Positions 24,946 through 32,000 are shown, counted from the first letter of the stretch. The stretch: DNA of 32,000 nt from an uncultured bacterium (GCA_964245695.1 CAXTNZ010000019.1:7181-39180), one strand, 5' to 3'. The notes: generated from the letters alone by a model not told the origin. Translations and numbers: made by a program.

Positions 24946-26904
24946 TTGCCTTGGAGTGGGGCGACAAAGTTCGTCGGGCGGGAAACAGAACTCGCACGCC
25001 TCCACCAATTATTGCAGGAAAATGATTCTGTTGCCATTGCTGCTATTACTGGTATGGGTGGTGTCGGAAAAACTGAACTGGCGTTGCGATATGCAATGAC
25101 TCAGCGGGAATTTTACTCTGGCGGCGTTTGTTGGTGTGGAGTGAAAAGCGGTGATGTCGGTTTCCAGGTAGTACAATTTGCTCGCACTCACCTTGATTTA
25201 AACCCGCCCACTGATTTTAATTTAATCGACCAGGTAAAATACTGTTGGCGGCACTGGCGTGGTGGTAATGTTTTGTTAGTGCTGGATAATGTAACTATAT
25301 ATAAAGAAATTCAGCTCTATTTACCGCCGCCATCCTCCCGGTTTAAGGTGTTGCTGACTTCCAGAAAGCACTTTGGGCAGATTGAGAAGTTATCATTAGA
25401 TGTGTTGCAACCGCCAGCGGCGTTGGAATTGTTGCGAAATCTCGTTGGGGAAGAACGGGTTAATGTAGAGACGCGAAATTTCGCGTCTCTACCCGAAAGA
25501 TTGGGATATTTACCTTTAGGAATAGAGTTGGTAGGGCGCTATCTCGCCAGAAAACAAGATTTATCCCTGGCAGAAATGTTACAAAGGTTAGAGAAAAAGA
25601 AACTCAAAGAGCGTTCTTTGTCTCAACCAGAAGAAAATATGACAGCACAGCAGGGTGTGGAAGCAGCTTTTGAGTTAAGTTGGGAAGAATTAACCGACAA
25701 CGATAAGCAACTCGCCTGTTTGCTGAGTTTATTTGCTGCTGCACCGATACCTTGGCAGTTGGTAGAATCTTGCTTACCTGATGTGGATACAGAAGAGTTA
25801 GAAGAAAGTCGAGATGAGAAGCTGCTGAATTTGCATTTGCTACAGCGTAAGGCAAAGGGAATTTATCAACTGCATCCACTGCTGCGAGAATTCTTTCAGG
25901 CGAAGCTAGAAGCACCACCTTTTCAGGAAAATTCGGGGGATCTTAAACAAGCTTTTGCTACAGTAATGGTAGCAGTTGCCAAGGAAATTCCTCAAACCGC
26001 CAACCGTGAGAAAATCACGGATGTCGCCCCTAAACCTCATTTAGCAGAAGTAGCCAAGAATCTAAGTCAATACGTTAGCGATGAAGATTTAATTTGGGCT
26101 TTCCTCGGTAACGCTGCATTCTACTATAGTGAGGGATTGTATCACCTGGCAGAACCTTGGTTTAAGCAATGTCTAGAAGTTATTAAAAAGCGCTTAGGAG
26201 AGGAACATCCCTCTGTTGCAGTTAGCCTTAACAATCTGGCGTTACTCTACCGTTCCCAAGAAAGGTACAGCGAAGCCGAACCCCTGTTTCAACAAGCTTT
26301 GGAACTTACGCTACGCCTCCACAAAGAGGAACATCTCGATATTGCCACTAGCTTGCACAACCTGGCTAGTCTCTACCACTCCCAAGGACGGTACAGCGAA
26401 GCCGAAACACTCTTCAAACAAGCTTTGGAACTTACGCGACGCCTGCTGGGAGAGGAACATTCCCATGTCGCCATTTGCCTTGATAACCTGGCGCTAGTTT
26501 ACCGTTCCCAAGGACGTTATACCGAAGCCGAACCGCTGAACCTGCAAGCTTTGGAATTATGGCAACGCCTTTTAGGAGAGGAACATCTCCATGTCGCTGT
26601 TAGCCTCAACAACCTGGCGCTAGTCTACCATTCCCAAGGACGGTACAGCGAAGCTGAAACACTGTTCAAACAAGCTTTAGAACTATGGCAACGCCTTGTA
26701 GGAGAGGAACATCCGCATGTCGCCACTAGCCTCAATAATCTGGCGGTACTCTACCGTTTCCAAAAACGTTACACCGAAGCGGAACTCTTGTATGTGAAAG
26801 CTTTGGAGATTCGTGAGCAACGTTTAGGTATGAATCATCCCCACACTATCACTACTCGTGAAAATTTGGCATTTCTTCGCGCTGAGATAACTTCAGAGCA
26901 GTAA
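24946..26904 (+). CDS. NLR-like STAND NTPase: NB-ARC domain plus C-terminal TPR_10/TPR_12 (kinesin-light-chain-type) repeats
   Basis: 652-aa ORF as given, with a TTG start inside the motif NLPWSG. It has FVGRETELARLHQLL, P-loop GMGGVGKTELA, Walker B VLLVLDNV and LGYLPLGIELVG (GLPL motif). About six 42-aa repeats follow, of the form LNNLALLYRSQGRYSEAEPLFQQALEL..RLLGEEHP.VA.S. No ATG or GTG start is available before the P-loop. Confidence 0.85.
   Translation: MPWSGATKFVGRETELARLHQLLQENDSVAIAAITGMGGVGKTELALRYAMTQREFYSGGVCWCGVKSGDVGFQVVQFARTHLDLNPPTDFNLIDQVKYCWRHWRGGNVLLVLDNVTIYKEIQLYLPPPSSRFKVLLTSRKHFGQIEKLSLDVLQPPAALELLRNLVGEERVNVETRNFASLPERLGYLPLGIELVGRYLARKQDLSLAEMLQRLEKKKLKERSLSQPEENMTAQQGVEAAFELSWEELTDNDKQLACLLSLFAAAPIPWQLVESCLPDVDTEELEESRDEKLLNLHLLQRKAKGIYQLHPLLREFFQAKLEAPPFQENSGDLKQAFATVMVAVAKEIPQTANREKITDVAPKPHLAEVAKNLSQYVSDEDLIWAFLGNAAFYYSEGLYHLAEPWFKQCLEVIKKRLGEEHPSVAVSLNNLALLYRSQERYSEAEPLFQQALELTLRLHKEEHLDIATSLHNLASLYHSQGRYSEAETLFKQALELTRRLLGEEHSHVAICLDNLALVYRSQGRYTEAEPLNLQALELWQRLLGEEHLHVAVSLNNLALVYHSQGRYSEAETLFKQALELWQRLVGEEHPHVATSLNNLAVLYRFQKRYTEAELLYVKALEIREQRLGMNHPHTITTRENLAFLRAEITSEQ
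25465..25492. repeat. Perfect 28-bp palindrome GTAGAGACGCGAAATTTCGCGTCTCTAC embedded in-frame in the NB-ARC coding sequence
   Basis: Read directly: GTAGAGACGCGAAA is the reverse complement of TTTCGCGTCTCTAC. It encodes VETRNFASLP just upstream of the GLPL motif. It belongs to the same repeat family as 19362-19426 and 31619-31650. Confidence 0.9.
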
Positions 26905-26950
26905 AATTCAAGTTCTCAGCCTCAACGATGAAGTTTTAAACTCGGCTGTT

Positions 26951-27167
26951 CTCGTTCTTAGTGAGAATGTTCCTGTTCTTAGTGAGAACGTTCTCGTTTC
27001 AACCCAGAACTTTCAGCCTTTGAGGCTCATCGTTCATGCTCAGAGGCTCATCGTTCACCTTCTGAGGCTCATCGTTCATGCTCAGAGGCTCATCGTTCAC
27101 CTTCTGAGGCTCATCGTTCACCTTCTGAGGCTCATCGTTCAGCCTCTGAGGCTCAACTTCCGAGTTC
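26951..27167. repeat. Two adjacent tandem-repeat arrays with 21-bp period (three units of a GTTCTTAGTGAGAA type, then about seven units of TGAGGCTCATCGTTCACCTTC)
   Basis: The first array has units at 26951, 26972 and 26993. After a 7-nt spacer, the second array has units at 27021, 27042, 27063, 27084, 27105 and 27126, plus a degenerate unit at 27147. Variation is confined to positions 16-21 of the unit (ATGCTC / ACCTTC / AGCCTC). Confidence 0.9.
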
Positions 27168-27263
27168 CAAGGTTGAATGACGGTGTTAAAAGGCGTAAAC
27201 GTAGCCCACCCAGGACAAAATTAGCTACTATCAATCATATAATTATCTTTTACAAACACAGAA

Positions 27264-27473
27264 ATGTTAATTACATACACGGCAAAATATACAAAAACTA
27301 ATAGCGGATATATGGGACAACTGATTGAATGGCAAGAAGTCATCACAGAGGGAGAAACCATAGAAGAATGTAGGGTGATGTTGCAAGACGCAACCAAAGA
27401 AATGATTCTCGCTTATCGTCAACAAAATAAAGAAATTCCCACAGGTGATTCTTTGCTCAACAAATTCCTATAG
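27264..27473 (+). CDS. HicB-family (UPF0150-like) antitoxin, orphan
   Basis: 69-aa ORF with YTAKYTKTNSGYMGQLIEWQEVITEGETIEECRVMLQDATKEMILAY, typical of short HicB antitoxins. No HicA ORF is adjacent. Confidence 0.65.
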   Translation: MLITYTAKYTKTNSGYMGQLIEWQEVITEGETIEECRVMLQDATKEMILAYRQQNKEIPTGDSLLNKFL

Positions 27474-27503
27474 AAGTTTGAGCGTGTCAGTCAAACATTT
27501 TAC

Positions 27504-27866
27504 TCATATCGGTAATCGCCTCACTCGGAAAGTTTCATTACTCACAGAAATAATTGCCCCTACCTCTAAATCTTCTTGACATTCACGCAAAACTTGCGTC
27601 AACCGTTGATTAATTGCATCGTAATTTTCATTCCCCAACCTAAATAAAATCACACTGGGTAAACTATCGCCACTCACTGCTAAAAGCTGGGCAAAATCTA
27701 AATCTATAGTTAATAAAATTCTCCCTTCTGCACGGGCTTTAATTAAAATCTCATCATCTGGTAGTCTTTGCAAACCTTCATCGCGCAAATGCACCACATC
27801 ATAACCACCACTACGCAACCAAAACACAGTGCGTAATGAAATTCCCATATCTGCCAAAAACTTCAT
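27504..27866 (-). CDS. DUF5615 family PIN-like (Mut7-C-like) nuclease domain protein, putative toxin
   Basis: 120-aa ORF with MKFLADMGISLRTVFWLRSGGYDVVHLRDEGLQRLPDDEILIKARAEGRILLTIDLDF, characteristic of DUF5615. It lies downstream of a DUF433 gene with a 9-nt gap. Confidence 0.8.
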   Translation of the reverse strand: MKFLADMGISLRTVFWLRSGGYDVVHLRDEGLQRLPDDEILIKARAEGRILLTIDLDFAQLLAVSGDSLPSVILFRLGNENYDAINQRLTQVLRECQEDLEVGAIISVSNETFRVRRLPI

Positions 27867-27875
27867 GATTATTTT

Positions 27876-28106
27876 TTAAGCACTTTTGAAGGGATAAACC
27901 CGCTCTTGAGTCAACCACGCCGCGTAAAGTAGAGATTGACGAATATCCTCTGGTTCTAAATCAGGATATTCTTCTAAAATCTCCGCTACAGGTTTGCCAT
28001 TAGCTACCAAATTTACGACTAAAGAAACCGGAATTCGCATCCCGCGAATGCAAGCTTGTCCACCCATTACGCTAGGGTCAAATGTAACTCTCTCTAGACC
28101 TAACAT
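27876..28106 (-). CDS. DUF433 domain protein, putative antitoxin partner of DUF5615
   Basis: 76-aa ORF with DPSVMGGQACIRGMRIPVSLVVNLVANG...ILEEYPDLEPEDIRQSLLYAA, the DUF433 signature. Confidence 0.85.
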   Translation of the reverse strand: MLGLERVTFDPSVMGGQACIRGMRIPVSLVVNLVANGKPVAEILEEYPDLEPEDIRQSLLYAAWLTQERVYPFKSA

Positions 28107-28275
28107 AAAATTGTCTCTCTAAAATCTTGTTTATCTTTGCTATTAAGCTTCATCTTTTTGAGATGGAATGATAGTGTTACTGTTCTACAATTTCGATTCT
28201 ACTTTTAAATTGAATTGAAACACAAAAACCGAATACTCTAATTTCACCTCCACAAAACCAACTCAACACCATTCC

Positions 28276-28971
28276 TCACCATCCCATAATTCTCCTCTTC
28301 TCCCAATATTGAGCAACCCTGACTTCCCACTGTCGCCAATACTCATTCATCGCTTCTCGTTCAAACCAAAATACCTCAGCTTCTCTTTCCGGTATCGCTA
28401 CAACCAACAAAGCATGAGCAATTTCAATTCCATAATCTTGATAATACTCATTAACAGCTCCCATATACGCTGTTAATTGCAGTGGATGTTCATACAAACG
28501 CTCAATTGAACCTTTCGGTTTATCTGCGGTTTTCCACTCGCAAACGCAGGGAACACCTTGATAACTAGCCACACAATCAACTTTGCCAGAATAGCTCAAA
28601 TTGTAGTGAAAAACTGAGCCTTCCACGAGTCTAACTGTGTCAACTTCTTCTAAAACAGGTTGAATACTTTGCCAGTAAGGAAGACTCGCTTCTGAACAAA
28701 CCGGATTTTCACCGAGTAAATAACGTTCTATTTGTTTGTGGGTTTGAGTACCGCGACGACTAGCGGTTGATGTAATTCGCGTTGCTTCTTCTGTACCGAC
28801 ACGCGCTTTCCAATTTGACAGTCTGTCACGCTGTTCTTGGGGTTTGGTAGCATTCAGTATTGTGGTGACACTAGGCAAGCGATCGCCTTTAGCATCTACA
28901 TAATATTGTTTACCATTTTCCCGCACCGATTTGGCATTAATACGGGGTAGCAATAAGGTATCAAATGGCAT
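28276..28971 (-). CDS. PD-(D/E)XK superfamily nuclease (RecB/Cas4-like exonuclease fold, without Cys cluster)
   Basis: 231-aa ORF with the catalytic pattern GKVD (D) ... CEWKT (E-x-K) followed by QLTAYMGA (QxxxY-like). Monocistronic. Confidence 0.65.
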   Translation of the reverse strand: MPFDTLLLPRINAKSVRENGKQYYVDAKGDRLPSVTTILNATKPQEQRDRLSNWKARVGTEEATRITSTASRRGTQTHKQIERYLLGENPVCSEASLPYWQSIQPVLEEVDTVRLVEGSVFHYNLSYSGKVDCVASYQGVPCVCEWKTADKPKGSIERLYEHPLQLTAYMGAVNEYYQDYGIEIAHALLVVAIPEREAEVFWFEREAMNEYWRQWEVRVAQYWEKRRIMGW

Positions 28972-29610
28972 CAGCTATATTTTATTTTTACAAAAAATTA
29001 ATTTTTCTCCGCCTTAAGACTTACCTCTGATACCAGATGTAAGACTCACAAATCTTAACTATTGTTGAAATGTAGATCACTTTTTGCCTTAAGAAACAAC
29101 CGCAATCATGTATTTTAATTATTTTACTCAGTTGACTAAAAAACTTGCTGTCATTACTGAGATTCTTAACGAATAATGCTTTTCTCGGTGTTCTAGCAAT
29201 GGCTCAGGTTAATTCTAACCCAACCTCAGCCAATACTACCGCGCACCTACTTAAGCGATTACGTGAGGCGATCGCGTAAGCGAGTATCGGCACAACCAAA
29301 CCAACCTTCTTAATAGAGGTGCAGGCGATCGCTACTATCAATTACTTTACAAATAGGAGTGCTTTAACCTTAATATTTATCAATATATGTAATGTAGCTT
29401 TTTTACATCGTTTGCAACCTTACCTAAATTCTCCCCAAAAATTATAATATTTAATCTATTTGTTTTACTTAACAGACAAGAGAAATTATTGACATAAGAA
29501 GTATAATAAAATACAATTTATCAGGATGGGACAGCCTATGATTAAAGTAAACGAAAATAACTGGTTTGTAAAATAAAAACAAGCAATAAAAGAGAATTTG
29601 GATAAAACTA

Positions 29611-29997
29611 ATGAATCGTAAAATTGTTGCAGCCTTGGCAATCATGGCAGGTATTACAAGTTTAGTAAGTCCGGTTCACGCACAATCACGAGCCGGACAA
29701 AATTCAAACACAGGACAATATAGATTAACTGGTGGTTCTCTAAGCGGAATTAATAACAGAACGGCTCAGGAAGACTACGCAAAATTTTTTGCGCCAAGCA
29801 ATTCCGCGAACACCGTTCCCAATAATGCTAGGGAAAACATTGTGCCGAACACAGGTTTTTTGCAAATCGGCGATCAAGTCCAATTAAGGAGAATTGACCA
29901 ACCCCTAACACTGACAGACACTCCTATTATTCTGCAACCGGATCAGTCGGATAACAACATTAATGACGGAGTGCAAGTGCAGCTTGTAGGTGAATAG
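29611..29997 (+). CDS. Small secreted hypothetical protein (Asn/Gln-rich)
   Basis: 128-aa ORF with a Sec-type signal peptide (MNRKIVAALAIMAGITSLVSPVHA-QS). It is followed by a hairpin plus T-run terminator. Confidence 0.5.
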   Translation: MNRKIVAALAIMAGITSLVSPVHAQSRAGQNSNTGQYRLTGGSLSGINNRTAQEDYAKFFAPSNSANTVPNNARENIVPNTGFLQIGDQVQLRRIDQPLTLTDTPIILQPDQSDNNINDGVQVQLVGE

Positions 29998-30094
29998 CAT
30001 CTAAATAGATAATCAAGAACCGCCAATAATACCCTTTTCTCAATCCTACCGACGTTGGAGATAGAAAGGCGATTAGAGGCTGGTAAAATCAAAT

Positions 30095-30152
30095 AGCCCC
30101 TTTGCCTTGCGTTGGTGAAAAGCAACTACAAGGCAGAGGGGACTTTATTTTT
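30095..30152 (+). terminator. Rho-independent terminator-like hairpin with T-tract
   Basis: CCCCTTTGCCTTG (30097-30109) pairs with CAAGGCAGAGGGG (30129-30141) with one mismatch. An inner GTTG/CAAC stem is present, followed by TTTATTTTT. Confidence 0.55.
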
Positions 30153-30254
30153 GGGCGATCGCCTTAAAGCTAGCAAAGATAAGTTGGTAATAATGTCAAT
30201 AAAGTAAACACTTTGCAGTAAAATTATTCCTTTAGATAGAGGAGGGCAACAGGC

Positions 30255-31607
30255 ATGACTCGTGTGATCATTGTGCGCCACGGTCAAAGCACATATAACA
30301 CAGAAAAGCGTATTCAAGGTCGCACAGATGCGTCCACAATCACAGAAAAAGGTCGTGACGATGCCACTAAAGTAGGCAAAGCCCTCAGCAATATTCAATT
30401 TAATGCGATTTACAGCAGTCCCCTACGGAGAGCGAAAGAGACGGCAGATATTATCCACAGTGAGTTGACGATTCATTCAGGAGAATCTGTTGTTCCGCAA
30501 ACTTCTGATAAATTGCTGGAAATTGACCTTCCTTTATGGGAGAAAATGCTCACTACTGATGTCAAGCAGAAATTTGCCGACGACTACCGCACCTGGAAAG
30601 AACGTCCTCACGAACTGCGGATGCTAGTTCCAGAAACTCAGGGAACAAGAGAACATTTTCCGGTTTTGGCTTTGTACGAACAAGCGCGGGAGTTTTGGCA
30701 AGAAATTTTGTCTCGCCATCAAGGACAAACCATTTTGATTGTCGGACACAACGGCATTAATCGAGCGCTTCTCGGCACGGCACTGTCAATTTCCCCATCA
30801 CGCTATCATTCCATACAACAATCTAACTGTGGCATCAGCGTCCTAAATTTTTCTGGAGGATTAGGAGAACCAGTCCAACTAGAGTCGATGAATCAGACGC
30901 AACATTTGGGAGAAACTCTGCCTTCCTTGCGACCGAATCATCAAGGAGTCAGATTGTTGCTGGTGCGTCACGGTGAAACTGAATGGAATCGTCAAGGTAG
31001 GTTTCAAGGGCAAATTGATATCCCCCTAAACGATAATGGTAGGCTTCAGGCACAAAAAGCCGACGAATTTCTTAAACTTGTAGCAATTGATTTCGCCGTT
31101 AGTAGTTCAATGCTGCGTCCTAAAGAAACAGCGGAGATTATTTTACAGCATCACAAAAGTGTAAAGTTGGATTTACTTGATGGTTTAAGAGAAATTAGTC
31201 ACGGACTTTGGGAAGGAAAATTTGAAAAAGAAATAGAGCAAGAATATCCCGGAGAGTTGGAACGTTGGCGGACAATTCCAGCAGAAGTACAAATGCCCGA
31301 AGGGGAAAATCTGCAACAAGTGTGCGATCGCAGTATTGTTGCTTGGCAATCTATAGTTGAAACAGCAATCTCAAATCAACTTCAAACCGGCTTAGTAGTC
31401 GCTCACGACGCTACAAATAAAACCTTGCTTTGTCATATTCTCGGTTTACCATCAGAAAATTTCTGGAACTTCCGTCAAGGAAATGGCGCAATCAGCGTTA
31501 TCGATTACCCTTCTGGACTCGATGGTTTACCAGTACTGCAAGCAATGAATATCACCGCTCACTTAGGTGGAGGCGTACTCGATAAAACCGCAGCCGGCGC
31601 ACTTTAG
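30255..31607 (+). CDS. Tandem-domain histidine phosphatase (two phosphoglycerate-mutase-like domains)
   Basis: 450-aa ORF with two RHG catalytic motifs (IIVRHGQSTYN near the N-terminus and LLVRHGETEWN at about residue 235). Each is followed by a downstream (V)GHN/(V)AHD histidine block. Confidence 0.9.
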   Translation: MTRVIIVRHGQSTYNTEKRIQGRTDASTITEKGRDDATKVGKALSNIQFNAIYSSPLRRAKETADIIHSELTIHSGESVVPQTSDKLLEIDLPLWEKMLTTDVKQKFADDYRTWKERPHELRMLVPETQGTREHFPVLALYEQAREFWQEILSRHQGQTILIVGHNGINRALLGTALSISPSRYHSIQQSNCGISVLNFSGGLGEPVQLESMNQTQHLGETLPSLRPNHQGVRLLLVRHGETEWNRQGRFQGQIDIPLNDNGRLQAQKADEFLKLVAIDFAVSSSMLRPKETAEIILQHHKSVKLDLLDGLREISHGLWEGKFEKEIEQEYPGELERWRTIPAEVQMPEGENLQQVCDRSIVAWQSIVETAISNQLQTGLVVAHDATNKTLLCHILGLPSENFWNFRQGNGAISVIDYPSGLDGLPVLQAMNITAHLGGGVLDKTAAGAL

Positions 31608-31618
31608 AAAAGTGAGGA

Positions 31619-31650
31619 GTAGAGACGCTCCAAAACCAAAGCGTCTGTAC
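31619..31650. repeat. Hairpin of the GTAGAGACGC family (GTAGAGACGCT-N10-AGCGTCTGTAC), possible terminator of the phosphatase gene
   Basis: 11-bp arms with one mismatch, 12 nt after the TAG stop at 31605-31607. Confidence 0.5.
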
Positions 31651-31710
31651 AGAGTTATGAGTGAGGAATAAAGTTAGGACGAAGAAGCAAAAAGTAAATA
31701 ACTTTACGCC

Positions 31711-31750
31711 TCCTAACTCCTACTCCTAACTCCTAACTCCTAACTTCTAA
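31711..31750. repeat. STRR-like heptanucleotide tandem repeat (TCCTAAC)n, about six copies with small defects
   Basis: TCCTAACTCCTACTCCTAACTCCTAACTCCTAACTTCTAA read directly. Heptamer tandem repeats are a hallmark of heterocystous cyanobacteria. Confidence 0.8.
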
Positions 31751-31769
31751 TTAATAACTCAAAATTTTT

Positions 31770-32000
31770 ATGACTGAACTGCTGCAACAAGTACGAATTA
31801 TCGACCCAGTTTCTGAAATTGACCAAATAGCTGATGTGTTGATTGCTGATGGTTATATCAGTTTTGTCGCAGAAAGTATTTCTGATATTAGTGCCGATAC
31901 TCAAATCAGAGATTGTCGGGGATTAATTTTAGGATCTGGGTTGGTAGATTTATATAGTCACTCCGGCGAACCTGGGTTTGAAGAACGGGAAACTATTTCC
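31770..32000 (+). CDS. pyrC: Dihydroorotase-like amidohydrolase, 5' partial (runs off the window)
   Basis: ATG at 31770 opens a frame to the window end: MTELLQQVRIIDPVSEIDQIADVLIADGYISFV...CRGLILGSGLVDLYSHSGEPGFEERETIS. This is the N-terminal pattern of cyanobacterial dihydroorotase-type amidohydrolases. Confidence 0.65.
   Translation, partial: MTELLQQVRIIDPVSEIDQIADVLIADGYISFVAESISDISADTQIRDCRGLILGSGLVDLYSHSGEPGFEERETIS

Noticed and set aside
26951-27167. Possible CRISPR array
   Set aside because: The units are directly abutting with no spacers, the period is only 21 bp, and no cas genes are present. This is a tandem repeat, not CRISPR.
27020-27301. 93-aa ORF (MRLIVHAQRLIVHLLRLIVH...)
   Set aside because: It is simply the translation of the 21-bp tandem repeat, which keeps frames open because 21 is a multiple of 3. 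It has a non-ATG start, an implausible composition, and it runs into the HicB start. It is treated as non-coding repeat.
27474-27560. Possible HicA remnant downstream of HicB
   Set aside because: The translations of this stretch (e.g. VSVKHFTHIGNRL) do not resemble HicA. The region is occupied by the 3' end of the convergent DUF5615 gene.
29199-29279. 26-aa ORF MAQVNSNPTSANTTAHLLKRLREAIA in the long AT-rich gap, possibly an XRE-type HTH remnant
   Set aside because: The LKRLREA resemblance to XRE N-termini is too short, and the downstream frame does not continue into a credible HTH. It cannot be supported.
30126-30398. 90-aa minus-strand ORF
   Set aside because: It overlaps the terminator and the 5' end of the well-supported histidine phosphatase gene, and it has no motifs.

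Overview
This is a chromosomal fragment from a filamentous, Nostocales-type cyanobacterium. The evidence is many HIP1 octamers GCGATCGC (e.g. 137-144, 850-857, 1870-1877), STRR-like heptamer runs, and the GTAGAGACGCG...CGCGTCTCTAC and GTAGGGGCACAGC hairpin repeats typical of Nostoc/Anabaena. All functional calls come from reading motifs in the supplied translations; no database search was possible.

Layout:
- 0.2-12.3 kb, ordinary sensory and housekeeping genes: two tandem PAS histidine kinases, a Pro-rich membrane protein, mnmG, a VanY-like peptidase, a TetR plus NTF2-like divergent pair with operator palindromes, and an MscS channel.
- 12.3-15.5 kb, a gene-decay zone: a Rieske-less PaO-domain remnant, a transposase fragment, a 630-bp repeat-filled gap, and an orphan ABC permease missing its EAA loop.
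- 15.5-17.3 kb: an operon of two proteins with Cys-free HMA2-like domains, one fused to a PAP2 phosphatase.
- 17.8-29 kb, an accessory, defence-island-like stretch. It holds a tightly packed XPB-like helicase, DUF790/Bax1-like nuclease, VapB and VapC cassette, then a hairpin-repeat cluster and a sulfatase/FGE pair. Next come an NLR-like NB-ARC/TPR STAND NTPase, 21-bp tandem arrays, an orphan HicB, a DUF433/DUF5615 pair and a standalone PD-(D/E)XK nuclease.
- 29-32 kb: a small secreted protein, a double histidine-phosphatase and the 5' end of a dihydroorotase-like gene.

The most interesting candidates are:
- the STAND gene, whose N-terminal domain is separated from the NB-ARC body by a single in-frame TGA;
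- the helicase-nuclease-TA cassette;
- the HMA2-like/PAP2 pair;
- dispersed palindromic repeats that sit inside or terminate coding sequences.
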